Assembly (NCBI GenBank): GCA_963771075.1
Contig: CAVYSE010000028.1
Location: forward strand, 64,001-128,000
Source: a candidate division FCPU426 bacterium
GTDB lineage: Bacteria; Oederibacteriota; Muellerivitia; Muellerivitales; Muellerivitaceae
Reading direction: 5' to 3'
DNA: 64,000 nt
Numbering within the stretch: the stretch's first letter is position 1; each line of letters starts with the position of its first letter. The notes under the pieces are model-generated. The model was not told the DNA's origin. It did not search any database and was given only the letters and a program-made list of their open reading frames with translations. This document shows positions 50,034 to 59,390 of this stretch, piece after piece. A program made the position numbers and the translations under genes.

Positions 50034-50216
50034 GATCTTCTGTGCGAGTTTTTTGTCTTCCCTGATCCTCTTCTTCATCGTCAACCATCGATTTCCCACC
50101 GCGCTGGCCCCAACCCCCATTCGTTCTCCTATAATCCTGGAACTAAGCCCCGCTTTCTTCTTCAACGCATATATCGCTACATCCCTCGCTTCCGATCGCC
50201 TTTTCCCGGCTTTCAC
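50022..50216 (-). pseudogene. DnaA-C-like HTH remnant of a RAYT-like transposase
   Basis: ARDVAIYALKKKAGLSSRIIGERMGVGASAVG. Confidence 0.6.
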
Positions 50217-50284
50217 ATGCTATCTTTATTTGGCCCCTTTATTTTGGTTAATTTTTAGTCGTTCCCATTAAAATTCATTAAAAT

Positions 50285-51652
50285 TTGAGGCGCATGAAAA
50301 ACACATCCCTATCCCCTGAAATTTCCTTTGTAAGCCTCTTCCTCTTTCTTTTTGTGTTTCGAACGCTTTTCGGCTTGAGCGGTGATTTTATGGATCCGGA
50401 TCACCTTCAAACTTTCCTGATCGGTTTGAAATGGTTCACCGAGGGAGGATGGCCATATTTTGGGCCGGATTTGGTCGTTCAGGGAGCCCTGCGGGGCCAG
50501 ATTCCCGGGGCCTTGGAATCTTTCGTCGTGGGCGGGCCCTTCTTCGTCCTTCCCATCCCCGAAGCTCCCTTTCTTTTCCTTAATCTCCTTTCCCTTTCTT
50601 CCATTTCCCTTTTGAGCTGGTATCTTTCCAAGCGGATCTTATCCATCCCTTTCCTTTTCATCTTCGCCTGGATTTCCCTCCTCCCCTGGACCCTGAACCA
50701 ATCCACCTGGGTTTTGAACCCGAGTTACCTGCTTTTCGGAAGCGTGATCTTTTCCATTGGGCTAATGGAAGCCATTCCCGCCCTTTCCATCCAATTCCTG
50801 AAACCCGCCCAAGCCCTGGCCTGGATGGGATTCGGGCTCTGTTGGGATATGCAGTTTCATTTTTCGTGGATACTGTTGGCGCCCTATGTGCCCATCGCGC
50901 TTTTGTTATATAGCCGAAAGGCGGGTTGGGGCCAGGTCCCGAGGCTTTTGTTTTATTTCGCCTTGGGCGCCCTGGTGCCCGGGTCCTTGATCCTTCCGAC
51001 CCTGATTCGCTACGGCTGGCATAGCCTATGGATCGGCGGCAGTACGACCGTTCTTTTTAACGCCAATCATGCCCGTGATTTTTTAACTATCCTGGCCCGT
51101 TATCTTTCCCTTGCCTGTTATGAGATCCCCCAGTTCATCGGCGGCCACACGAGCGAGCGTTGGGAGTTCATTACCCGTACGGCTCCATGGTTGTTCCCCT
51201 TCGCGATCTTTCTGCTCCTCGTGGGATGGATTCAGCCGTTCGTCATGTTGTGGAAGGGCTGGGTCCAACCCCTGGTCTACTTAAAAAGGAGGGGCCCGGA
51301 TAGCCTTCGATCGGGCGAGGGCCCGGTGTACCTATTAGCCGGATCGGCTCTCCTTTTTCTTTACTTGAGCTTTTGGTTTACGGAAAAGGAACCTGTTTCC
51401 CATATCGCTTACGTCTATTTCCCCATCGTGACCGTCTTCTCTTTATATATCTGGGACGGATTCGCCCCCCAGTCCTTTTGGAGGAAATTCGGGGTCCTTT
51501 GCCTGGCGGCCAGTCTTTTCTTCCAGGGCGGGGTGATGATGGACCGGTTGCCCCGCCAGTCCCTCTACCTAAACCGGAGCCAGGCGGTAAATGCCATTCA
51601 GGGAAATAACTTTCATTTACTGGGGGAGCGCAGGCCGGGTAGCCGAAATTAA
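50285..51652 (+). CDS. Polytopic membrane protein, GT-C-like (copy 2)
   Basis: 455 aa, colinear with 42194-43561. Confidence 0.75.
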   Translation: MRRMKNTSLSPEISFVSLFLFLFVFRTLFGLSGDFMDPDHLQTFLIGLKWFTEGGWPYFGPDLVVQGALRGQIPGALESFVVGGPFFVLPIPEAPFLFLNLLSLSSISLLSWYLSKRILSIPFLFIFAWISLLPWTLNQSTWVLNPSYLLFGSVIFSIGLMEAIPALSIQFLKPAQALAWMGFGLCWDMQFHFSWILLAPYVPIALLLYSRKAGWGQVPRLLFYFALGALVPGSLILPTLIRYGWHSLWIGGSTTVLFNANHARDFLTILARYLSLACYEIPQFIGGHTSERWEFITRTAPWLFPFAIFLLLVGWIQPFVMLWKGWVQPLVYLKRRGPDSLRSGEGPVYLLAGSALLFLYLSFWFTEKEPVSHIAYVYFPIVTVFSLYIWDGFAPQSFWRKFGVLCLAASLFFQGGVMMDRLPRQSLYLNRSQAVNAIQGNNFHLLGERRPGSRN

Positions 51653-51680
51653 TTCCGTTTCAAGCGGGTAAGTTTTCCAC

Positions 51681-53297
51681 ATGATTTTATTTCCAAAAGA
51701 GAAAGGATCAAATATGCGCGGGATGAATACTTTTCGTTTTTGGATGGGATGGCTGTTATGCCTCCCCCTTCCCCTTTTGGCGGCGGATATCCATTTCTTG
51801 ATCATGCCCGATACGGTGGTGGGACCGATCAGCCCTTACATCTACGGGATGAATGACGAGGACCCTTCCGGAAGCGGCGCGACCCTGCGCCGGCTGGGCG
51901 GCAACCGTTTGACCGGATACAACTGGGTGAACAACGCTTCCAACGCCGGGAGTGACTGGAAACACAGCAGCGACAACTGGCTTTGCGACCGCGAACACTA
52001 TATCGATTGCGGCCAACCGGCCGCTTTGGTGAAACATTTCATCGAGGAAAACCGGGAAGCCGGAATGGAGAGCCTCATTACCCTTCCCATGGCGGGCTTT
52101 GTGGCGGCGGATAAGAACGGAGAGGTCAGCGAAAAGGAGAAGGCCCCCTCCTCCCGTTGGAAGAAGGTGGTCTTCCGCAAGCGGGGAAAATTCACCCTCG
52201 CGCCAAGCGATAAAGACCCGGCCGTCTATGACGACGAATTTGTGAATTTTTTGGTCGCCAACTATAAAAATTCCGCCGGGGGCGGCGTAAAATTCTACGA
52301 CCTGGATAACGAACCAGGCATCTGGTCCCAAACCCATCCCCGGATCCACCCCAAACCGACGACCTATTGGGAAATGGTCAACCTGACCGAAAGGCTCGCC
52401 TTCGCCGTTACCAAGGTGGACCCTACCGCGCAGGTCTTGGGGCCCGTCTCCTACGGCTGGCAGGAGTTCCTCACCCTCCAAAACGCTCCCGACAGCGCGG
52501 ACATCAACAAGACCGAGGGAACCTTCCTGGACTTTTACCTCAAGCAGATGAAAGCGCTCGAGATCCACGACGGCCGTCGGCTTCTTCATATCCTGGACCT
52601 GCACTGGTATCCGGAAGCCCAGGGCAACGGCAAGCGCATCACCGAGGGTGACACTTCCAGCGAATCCGTGGAGGCCCGTCTCCAGGCCCCCCGCAGCCTT
52701 TGGGACCCGGGATACGTGGAAAAAAGCTGGATCACCCAGTATTCCACCCAGGGCAAATCCATCCAGCTGATCCCCTGGCTCAAGGAAAAGGTTGAGAAGG
52801 ACTATCCCGGTACCGGACTGGGATTCACCGAGTACGATTACGGGGCGGGTGACCATGTTTCGGGAGGGATTGCCCAGGCGGACGTGCTGGGCATTTTCGG
52901 GAAATATGGCGTGAACCTGGCGGCCTACTGGGGAACCCTCAAGGCCTACAACCGGGCGGCTTTCCGACTCTTTCGCAACTATGACGGCCAGGGCTCGGCC
53001 TTTGGCGATACCGAGGTTTCCTCCGGTTCCGATGACATCGTCCAAACTTCCGTTTATGCCGCGACCGACTCAAAACGGGGCGGCTCCCTCTGGATGGTGG
53101 TCCTGAACAAGAACCAAAAAGAAAACATTTCGGGCAGGTTCGAGATCCAGGGAAAATCGGTCTACAAAAATTGGGTTCGGTACGGTTTTGACAGCCGATC
53201 CGCCGACATCAAGACTATGGGTTCGGGAACTCTCAACCAGAACAAGTTCGATTATTCTCTGCCGCCCTTAACCGCCAGCCTCTTTGTCTGCCAATAA
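51681..53297 (+). CDS. GH44 endoglucanase/xyloglucanase
   Basis: RLGGNRLTGYNW.NNASNAGSDW, LDNEP, DLHWYPEA and FTEYDYG motifs. Confidence 0.9.
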   Translation: MILFPKEKGSNMRGMNTFRFWMGWLLCLPLPLLAADIHFLIMPDTVVGPISPYIYGMNDEDPSGSGATLRRLGGNRLTGYNWVNNASNAGSDWKHSSDNWLCDREHYIDCGQPAALVKHFIEENREAGMESLITLPMAGFVAADKNGEVSEKEKAPSSRWKKVVFRKRGKFTLAPSDKDPAVYDDEFVNFLVANYKNSAGGGVKFYDLDNEPGIWSQTHPRIHPKPTTYWEMVNLTERLAFAVTKVDPTAQVLGPVSYGWQEFLTLQNAPDSADINKTEGTFLDFYLKQMKALEIHDGRRLLHILDLHWYPEAQGNGKRITEGDTSSESVEARLQAPRSLWDPGYVEKSWITQYSTQGKSIQLIPWLKEKVEKDYPGTGLGFTEYDYGAGDHVSGGIAQADVLGIFGKYGVNLAAYWGTLKAYNRAAFRLFRNYDGQGSAFGDTEVSSGSDDIVQTSVYAATDSKRGGSLWMVVLNKNQKENISGRFEIQGKSVYKNWVRYGFDSRSADIKTMGSGTLNQNKFDYSLPPLTASLFVCQ

Positions 53298-53372
53298 GCC
53301 CTAAAGGCTGTAAGAAAACTATGTTTTCCTTCGCGATCTTCGCGGTGAAAGTTTGAGGTTTTGTTGCAGGCT

Positions 53373-54530
53373 CTAGTCTTTTTCGGTGCTCAGGGTCTCA
53401 AAAAGGCCCGAGGAAAAGCTGTCTCCATCATAGGTCTGGGTCGGAGCCTCTTTTTCCACGGCCGCCTCGGAAGGGGCCGGCATGTGGATGAAATCCCTGT
53501 TTGCCAAAGGCCCTAAAACGCAGTAGGGAGTCACCTTGTCGCGCAGCCCCTTGAGCTGGACGGGAAGGCGCGATTCGATGTGGAACTTGTCGCTGACCAG
53601 CAAGGCCATTTCCTCGTTCATCAGGATCTCATCCTGCGGGCATATGGAACAAAGACGGGAGGAGAGATTGACCGAGTTGCCGATGAGGGTAAATTCCATC
53701 CGGTTGCGCGAACCCAGGTTTCCCATGATGGCGTGCCCCGCCACGATCCCGACCCCCATGCCGATCTTGACGTTGCGGGCCTTCAGCTCGCTGTTGGCTC
53801 GTGAGATCGAAGTAAATGCTTTTTGCATCTCGAAGGCCGCCTGTACCACCCGTTCGGCCTCCTCCTTCTCGTTTTCCGCGGTCCGCTTGAAATAGATCAG
53901 GGCCGCGTCCCCGATGAATTTGTTGATCTCCCCGCCCTTTTTTTCCACTGCCGCTTGGATGCCCGTGAAAATCTGGTTCAAAACCCGCAAGGTTTCTTTG
54001 CTCGTCAGTTGTTCGGTCATCTGGGTGAAACCCCGGATGTCGGAAAAGAGGATGAAGGCCAGCTGAAGCTGTCCGCCCAGGTTGCTGCCGCCCCCGGAGG
54101 TTTGAAGGACGTGTTTGGAGCCCTCGCTTCCCAGGTAGCGGTCAAGGGTTTGACGGTTGGCGGCGAGATTCCTGATGTTTTCCTGCACGACCGCCGTGGC
54201 CGCGTCCACCACCGATTCCATCCGTTTTTCAACGTCGAAAGGGGAGGCGTTCTCCGCGAAACGCCAATTCTCAGGGAGGGCTCCCGTCTTGAAGAAAATC
54301 CATTGAAGGCGGCAAAACCAGGTAACCTTGGACTGCCACAGGAACAGGAACCACCAGGCCGCCAAGACCAACGCGGCCACCCCGAATACCAAAAGACTTT
54401 GGTTCAAGTTATGCGTGTAGAGCCAATCCAATTCACCCACAACCGCCGAAAAGATGAGCAGGGTGAGAAAGAAAAACAGGGAAACCTTGAAGGTAAACGC
54501 CCTGTTTTTGACCGAGGATAGGGTAGCCAC
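53373..54530 (-). CDS. Membrane-bound class III adenylate/guanylate cyclase
   Basis: FSDIRGFT, KFIGDA and GNSVNLSSRL motifs; 2 TM helices. Confidence 0.9.
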   Translation of the reverse strand: MATLSSVKNRAFTFKVSLFFFLTLLIFSAVVGELDWLYTHNLNQSLLVFGVAALVLAAWWFLFLWQSKVTWFCRLQWIFFKTGALPENWRFAENASPFDVEKRMESVVDAATAVVQENIRNLAANRQTLDRYLGSEGSKHVLQTSGGGSNLGGQLQLAFILFSDIRGFTQMTEQLTSKETLRVLNQIFTGIQAAVEKKGGEINKFIGDAALIYFKRTAENEKEEAERVVQAAFEMQKAFTSISRANSELKARNVKIGMGVGIVAGHAIMGNLGSRNRMEFTLIGNSVNLSSRLCSICPQDEILMNEEMALLVSDKFHIESRLPVQLKGLRDKVTPYCVLGPLANRDFIHMPAPSEAAVEKEAPTQTYDGDSFSSGLFETLSTEKD

Positions 54531-54972
54531 TCATGACCTCTTGAAACTTTTTAATTGTCCCGGTGAGGGTTCAACCTACCGGACTAGACAACCATGATTA
54601 TATGGAAACATATCTCCCATTAAGTTCCAATAGGCGGGTTAAAAAGGGAAAATGGTTAACCGAAGTATCGAAGAAGCGCTTCTTTTTAGGAAAAACTCCC
54701 GACCATTAACTTGCCAAATGGAATAGTGAACCTAGAAACTTTATGAAGAGAGGGCAACAAAACCCTTTTAACCACGGAGACTCAGAGTCGCGATTTTTAA
54801 TTCATTCTTATTTTTCAGGGTTCTTTTGCTTCCTAAACTGCGTCTCCATACCGCTGTCCCCCTTGGCCCGAAGGTTCAATAAATCAGGCCTATAACAACC
54901 CTATGAATGGTCGCGATGGGGTGGATTTTTATTACTGCCTCCTAAATTAATTTCGATCGGAATAAGGCGCGC

Positions 54973-55833
54973 CTACTTCGGGGCTGAGGGGGGATGTTTA
55001 CACCAGGGAAATTGGGAAGCCAGGGCCCCTTCCAGGAGAAAATCGGGAATGAATCGTTTTAGGAAATAAAGCAAGTGGTCTTCACCCTTCACGAGGTACC
55101 GTCGCTTCATGGGTTTATCCGACAAGGCCCGAAAGGCCACCTTCACCAGTTTTTCCACCGGGGCGGCGTGCTTGAACCTTTCCAGGCTGAATTTCTCGAA
55201 GTTCCGGGTGAATTCGCTGTAGGGGGAGTCTTTCGCCAGCGCCCTCTCCCCCCGCCGGGCGTTTTGGGCCACTTCCGTTTTAATCTCGCTTGGAACCAAT
55301 TCAGAGACTTCCACACCGAAAAGGCCGGCTTCCATGCGCATGGCGTCGGTGAGGGACCGGACCGCGAACTTGGTGGCCGAATAGGGTCCCAATACGGGCA
55401 GGGCCACCAGGCCCCCCACGCTTCCCACGTTGAGGATCTTGCCGGTTCCCTGGCGGCGCATGACGGGAAGAACTTCCCGGGTTACCCGGAGGAGCCCGAA
55501 GACATTGGTCTCGAATTGGGCTTTCAGGTCCCGGTCCGAGAGGTCTTCCCAGAAACCGGCCATCACGAAACCCGCGTTGTTCATCAAAAAATCCAGCCGC
55601 CCCTCTTTCTTCACCAATGAGGAGACGGCTTTTTTGACGGAGGGGGTCTTATCCACATCCATTGGGAGGGGAACCACCGGCAGTGTTTTTGAAAGATTTT
55701 TCAGGTCCCGGGCGCGCCTGGGGTTGCGGAAGGTGGCATAAACCCTCCAACCTTTTTCCGCCAAGGCCCGGGTCATCGCCAATCCTATTCCGGAGTTGGC
55801 TCCGGTCACCAAGGCGACAGGTAAGTTATCCAT
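54973..55833 (-). CDS. Short-chain dehydrogenase/reductase
   Basis: TGANSGIG, NNAG and YSATK motifs. Confidence 0.92.
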   Translation of the reverse strand: MDNLPVALVTGANSGIGLAMTRALAEKGWRVYATFRNPRRARDLKNLSKTLPVVPLPMDVDKTPSVKKAVSSLVKKEGRLDFLMNNAGFVMAGFWEDLSDRDLKAQFETNVFGLLRVTREVLPVMRRQGTGKILNVGSVGGLVALPVLGPYSATKFAVRSLTDAMRMEAGLFGVEVSELVPSEIKTEVAQNARRGERALAKDSPYSEFTRNFEKFSLERFKHAAPVEKLVKVAFRALSDKPMKRRYLVKGEDHLLYFLKRFIPDFLLEGALASQFPWCKHPPSAPK

Positions 55834-56680
55834 TTTTCACCGCCTGGAACCTTTCGAGGGTGTAATTCATTACCCGGTCATAGATCCAGTCCGGCATGAA
55901 ACGCTGGGCTATAGGGAAAAAGCGGGCGTCCTTCCCGACCGGATATCTCAGCGCCATATTCCCGTCTTCCAGGGCCTTGAGGACCGCCTGGGCCACGATT
56001 TCCGGGCCTGGGGCCTGGGCGGATTGGCCATTTCCATAGCCGAGAATTTTGTCCAGTACAGCCTGGTAAGGGGATTTTCCTGATTGGAAGATCTTGTTTT
56101 GACGCCGATTGTCTTTGAACCTCGTTTGGATCTGGCCCGGCTCCACCATCCCAACCTCGACCCCAAAGGGCCTCAGTTCCAGCCGCAGGCTTTCGCTCAA
56201 GGCCTCCACGGCGTGCTTGGAGGAGCAATAGAGGCCCACGCCCGCGAAGGTCATCTTACCCGCCACCGAGCTGATGTTCAGAATCCTGCCCCGACCCCGG
56301 GAACGCATGGAGGGGAGCGCCTCCCGGGTTACCCGGAATAAACCAAACAAATTGGTTTCATATTGGGCCAGGATTTCATCGTCCGTAAAATCCTCCAAAG
56401 CCCCAAAAGCCCCCCAACCTGCGTTGTTGACCAAGGCGTCCAGCCCACCCGATTTTTTCAAGACGAGAGCCATGGTCCGGCGCACCGAGGAGGCCTTATC
56501 CACGTCCATGTGGAAAACTTCGACGGACAGCCCTTGGACGCGTGCTTTCAAGGGGGCGGACCTTTTCATGTCACGCAGAGTCGCGAAAACTCGCCAGCCC
56601 CTTTGGGCTAAAAGGGCTGACGTCTCCAAGCCGATGCCGGAGGAACAGCCTGTGATCAAAACGGTTTTGGGGCTTCCCAT
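55826..56680 (-). CDS. Short-chain dehydrogenase/reductase
   Basis: TGCSSGIG, NNAG and YCSSK motifs. Confidence 0.92.
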   Translation of the reverse strand: MGSPKTVLITGCSSGIGLETSALLAQRGWRVFATLRDMKRSAPLKARVQGLSVEVFHMDVDKASSVRRTMALVLKKSGGLDALVNNAGWGAFGALEDFTDDEILAQYETNLFGLFRVTREALPSMRSRGRGRILNISSVAGKMTFAGVGLYCSSKHAVEALSESLRLELRPFGVEVGMVEPGQIQTRFKDNRRQNKIFQSGKSPYQAVLDKILGYGNGQSAQAPGPEIVAQAVLKALEDGNMALRYPVGKDARFFPIAQRFMPDWIYDRVMNYTLERFQAVKNG

Positions 56681-56835
56681 GGTTTCTCCTTTTGCGGGGA
56701 ACGACGACAGTTTAACGGCTTGTGCCTTTACGAAGAACCTGTAAAAAACCCGCCAAGGCGGGCTTGAAGATTGCCCAACTGGCTGAAAACCGTTAGGATG
56801 GGTGCGATTTCCTGGATTTTCACCCTTTTCGAGGT

Positions 56836-57522
56836 GTGATCATGCGCCTTCAAACGCTTTTAGGCTGGGTTCTTATCCTAATCCTTCCCACGGTTCTTTG
56901 GGCCAAGGCTTATAACGAAATGGAAGTGGTCAATTTACAGGGAACCATCATGGTGCAACACGCCGACAACAGCGCCCCGACGGCCCTCATGACGAACAGC
57001 ACGGTGGAAAAGGGGGATACCCTCACCTGTTACGATCAAAGTTGGGTGGTCCTGAAAACGCACAGCGGGGCAAGGATCGGCTTGGATGGCCTCTATGGGC
57101 CGACCGTGGTCAATATTGATGAGTTCTACCTGGAGGGGCCGGACCGCCAGATCCGCTTCGTGCTTCAAAGAGGCGTCCTTTTCCTAAAGACCAACGGTTA
57201 TGGTTCCCGGCAAAGCTTTTTCGAGATCAACACGGGTTCAGTGGTGACCGCGATTAATGACACCCAGGCCCGCTTGGCCTACGTTCCGGAGCAGGCCAGC
57301 CTGACCGTTCAGCATTTCTTTGGCGACTTGAGCGTCGTCGACAAGGATCACGAGGAAAAATTCCAGATGAGCCACTCGGAACGCCATTGGAAAAACGGGG
57401 CGATGCTGGAAAAGGATCCCCTTCCGACCGACGATATCGACTGGATCAACTTCAAGAAGTTTTTTGACTTCGATCCCCGTGTCGTGCCGACCAATAACAA
57501 TTTCCTCTTGAACGGCGAATAA
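56836..57522 (+). CDS. Secreted FecR-domain-like protein
   Basis: Signal peptide; VEKGDTL...LQRG...FEINT pattern. Confidence 0.6.
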   Translation: MIMRLQTLLGWVLILILPTVLWAKAYNEMEVVNLQGTIMVQHADNSAPTALMTNSTVEKGDTLTCYDQSWVVLKTHSGARIGLDGLYGPTVVNIDEFYLEGPDRQIRFVLQRGVLFLKTNGYGSRQSFFEINTGSVVTAINDTQARLAYVPEQASLTVQHFFGDLSVVDKDHEEKFQMSHSERHWKNGAMLEKDPLPTDDIDWINFKKFFDFDPRVVPTNNNFLLNGE

Positions 57523-57538
57523 CCGGCCTCGATCCGCA

Positions 57539-57727
57539 ATGAATCCGCTCCAACTGGAGTACACCTGCCCCTATTGCGGTTATCCCAACTTTTCCCCCCT
57601 TGATCCCGTCAGCGGCCTCCAGGAATGGACCTCGGACTGTGAAAATTGCTGCCGACCCATCGCCTTGAGGGCCAGGGTCCGGCAGGGGGAGGTCGAGGAA
57701 TGGGAAGCGGGAAGGGAGCAAGACTGA
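57539..57727 (+). CDS. CPXCG-motif cysteine-rich protein
   Basis: CPYCG...DCENCCRPI. Confidence 0.85.
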   Translation: MNPLQLEYTCPYCGYPNFSPLDPVSGLQEWTSDCENCCRPIALRARVRQGEVEEWEAGREQD

Positions 57728-57736
57728 GAGGCAGAT

Positions 57737-57812
57737 ATTAGCCATTGGCTTTTAGCGGATGGCTACCCCTGCGCGAGCGCAATGAGCTCTATGAGCTAAT
57801 AGCTAAAAGCTG
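57737..57812. repeat. Inverted heptamer repeat array between convergent genes
   Basis: ttagccattggcttttagc ... gctaatagctaaaagct. Confidence 0.5.
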
Positions 57813-57816
57813 CTGG

Positions 57817-58509
57817 TCAGGGCGTAACCGCCGCCCCGCCGTGCATGACCAGGTTGACCACTACCTTGGCCACATAAAGAAGGAAATAGATCAGCATCCC
57901 CGCGCCGCATATCCAGGAAATAATGGTGAGGGCCTTTCGATTAAAAAGGTTGCGGGTGTAATGCACGCCCAACCCCAGGCAGGAATACCAGATCAGTTCG
58001 CTCACCAAAACCGCCGAGAAAAAGCTGGTCGCGGCCCCTCCCGCCATGGGGATGTTGCCGGACAATTGAAGGGTACTCACCCATCCCACCCACCAGATCA
58101 GGGCAAAGGGGTTGGTGGCCACCAGCAGGAACCCCATGACGAATGAATTGTCCATCCACTGGATTTGCTTACGCACCGTGATATTTTCCATGGCCTCGGG
58201 GTTTTCCCGGATCTCCGTGAGGACCGAATAGGCGAGAAAGAGCAAAAAGAGGGCGGAGATCCCCCAAACGATGATTTTCCCGATGCCCACGATCCCTTCC
58301 TTGGAGATCCCGACAAAGACGATATAGGCGAAAATAGCGTCCACCAGCGCCGCACCCGCCCCGACCAAGAAGGTTTCCTGGAAGCCCCGGACAATGCCCC
58401 GGCGGATAGCCAGGAAATTCACCGGACCGATCAAAACCGCGCTCCCAAAACCGAAAATCAGGCCCTGGGTAATGGCGAGATAAATGAGTTTAAAAGTTTC
58501 GCTCCACAT
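57817..58509 (-). CDS. LysE-family exporter
   Basis: IGPVNFLAIRRG, GAALVD and GFLLVATNP motifs. Confidence 0.85.
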   Translation of the reverse strand: MWSETFKLIYLAITQGLIFGFGSAVLIGPVNFLAIRRGIVRGFQETFLVGAGAALVDAIFAYIVFVGISKEGIVGIGKIIVWGISALFLLFLAYSVLTEIRENPEAMENITVRKQIQWMDNSFVMGFLLVATNPFALIWWVGWVSTLQLSGNIPMAGGAATSFFSAVLVSELIWYSCLGLGVHYTRNLFNRKALTIISWICGAGMLIYFLLYVAKVVVNLVMHGGAAVTP

Positions 58510-58657
58510 AGCTGGTTATTTTACAGGATTAGGCGGGGGGCCGATAAAAAAAGGGGTGTGGCGAAGCCGCTTTCTGCTTTTCCCGGCTTGACCTCGGGGG
58601 GGCTGGGAGGCGAAACTCAAGGGAGCTTTACAAGCTCTAACAAAACCTCAACTTCTT

Positions 58658-58746
58658 TCCACGAAGACCGCGAAGAGCACCAAGAACGGGATTAAAATCT
58701 TGGTAAAACCAAGAAATGGAACTTCGTGATCTTCGTGTGCTTTGGG
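58658..58746. repeat. Intergenic paired nonamer inverted repeat (REP-like)
   Basis: ccacgaagaccgcgaagagcaccaag ... cttcgtgatcttcgtgtgcttt. Confidence 0.6.
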
Positions 58747-58793
58747 ACGAAAGAGGTTTTGGATAGGTTCTTAATCCATTCAAGGGAACGAAC

Positions 58794-59279
58794 ATGGCCG
58801 AAACCGCTCTGGTGAATATCCTGATGGGAAGCAAATCCGACTGGGAAGTGATGAAAAACGCCTCGGATACCCTCAAGCAATTCGGGGTCGCCCATGAATG
58901 CCGGGTTCTTTCCGCGCACCGCACTCCCCGCGAGACCGCCGAATATGTGGCAGGCGCGGAAAACCGGGGGGTCGAGGTGGTGATCGCCGCGGCCGGGGGC
59001 GCCGCCCACCTGGCGGGAGTTTGCGCCGCCCATACCCTCCTGCCCGTGTTGGGAGTGCCCATGGAGAGCAAATTGATGGGGCTGGATTCCCTCCTTTCCA
59101 CCGCCCAAATGCCCGGCGGCATTCCCGTCGGGACCCTTGCCGTCGGCAAGGCCGGGGCCGTGAACTCCGCCCTTCTAGCCGTCGCCATCCTGGGGCTCAA
59201 GCGGCCCGATCTCAAGGAAAAGCTCAAGACCTTCCGCAAGGACCAGGCCGACAAGGTTTTGAAAGAAAAGCTGGATTAA
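58794..59279 (+). CDS. purE: N5-CAIR mutase
   Basis: MGSKSD, SAHRTP, AGGAAHL and QMPGGIPV motifs. Confidence 0.96.
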   Translation: MAETALVNILMGSKSDWEVMKNASDTLKQFGVAHECRVLSAHRTPRETAEYVAGAENRGVEVVIAAAGGAAHLAGVCAAHTLLPVLGVPMESKLMGLDSLLSTAQMPGGIPVGTLAVGKAGAVNSALLAVAILGLKRPDLKEKLKTFRKDQADKVLKEKLD

Positions 59280-59390
59280 TCGGGCCGACCTTCCCAGGGC
59301 GGCTTTTCCCCGCCAAAAATATCCTTCCCCACTTACCTTTGCCGCTTCCCTGGGTTATCCTGCGGTTCATTTTCAATCAGGGCGGTACCG

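Noticed and set aside
51756..53045. 429-aa minus-strand ORF (and similar long antisense ORFs over purE, ppc and the receiver genes)
   Set aside because: Shadow frames of GC3-rich genes whose real strand has clear family motifs.
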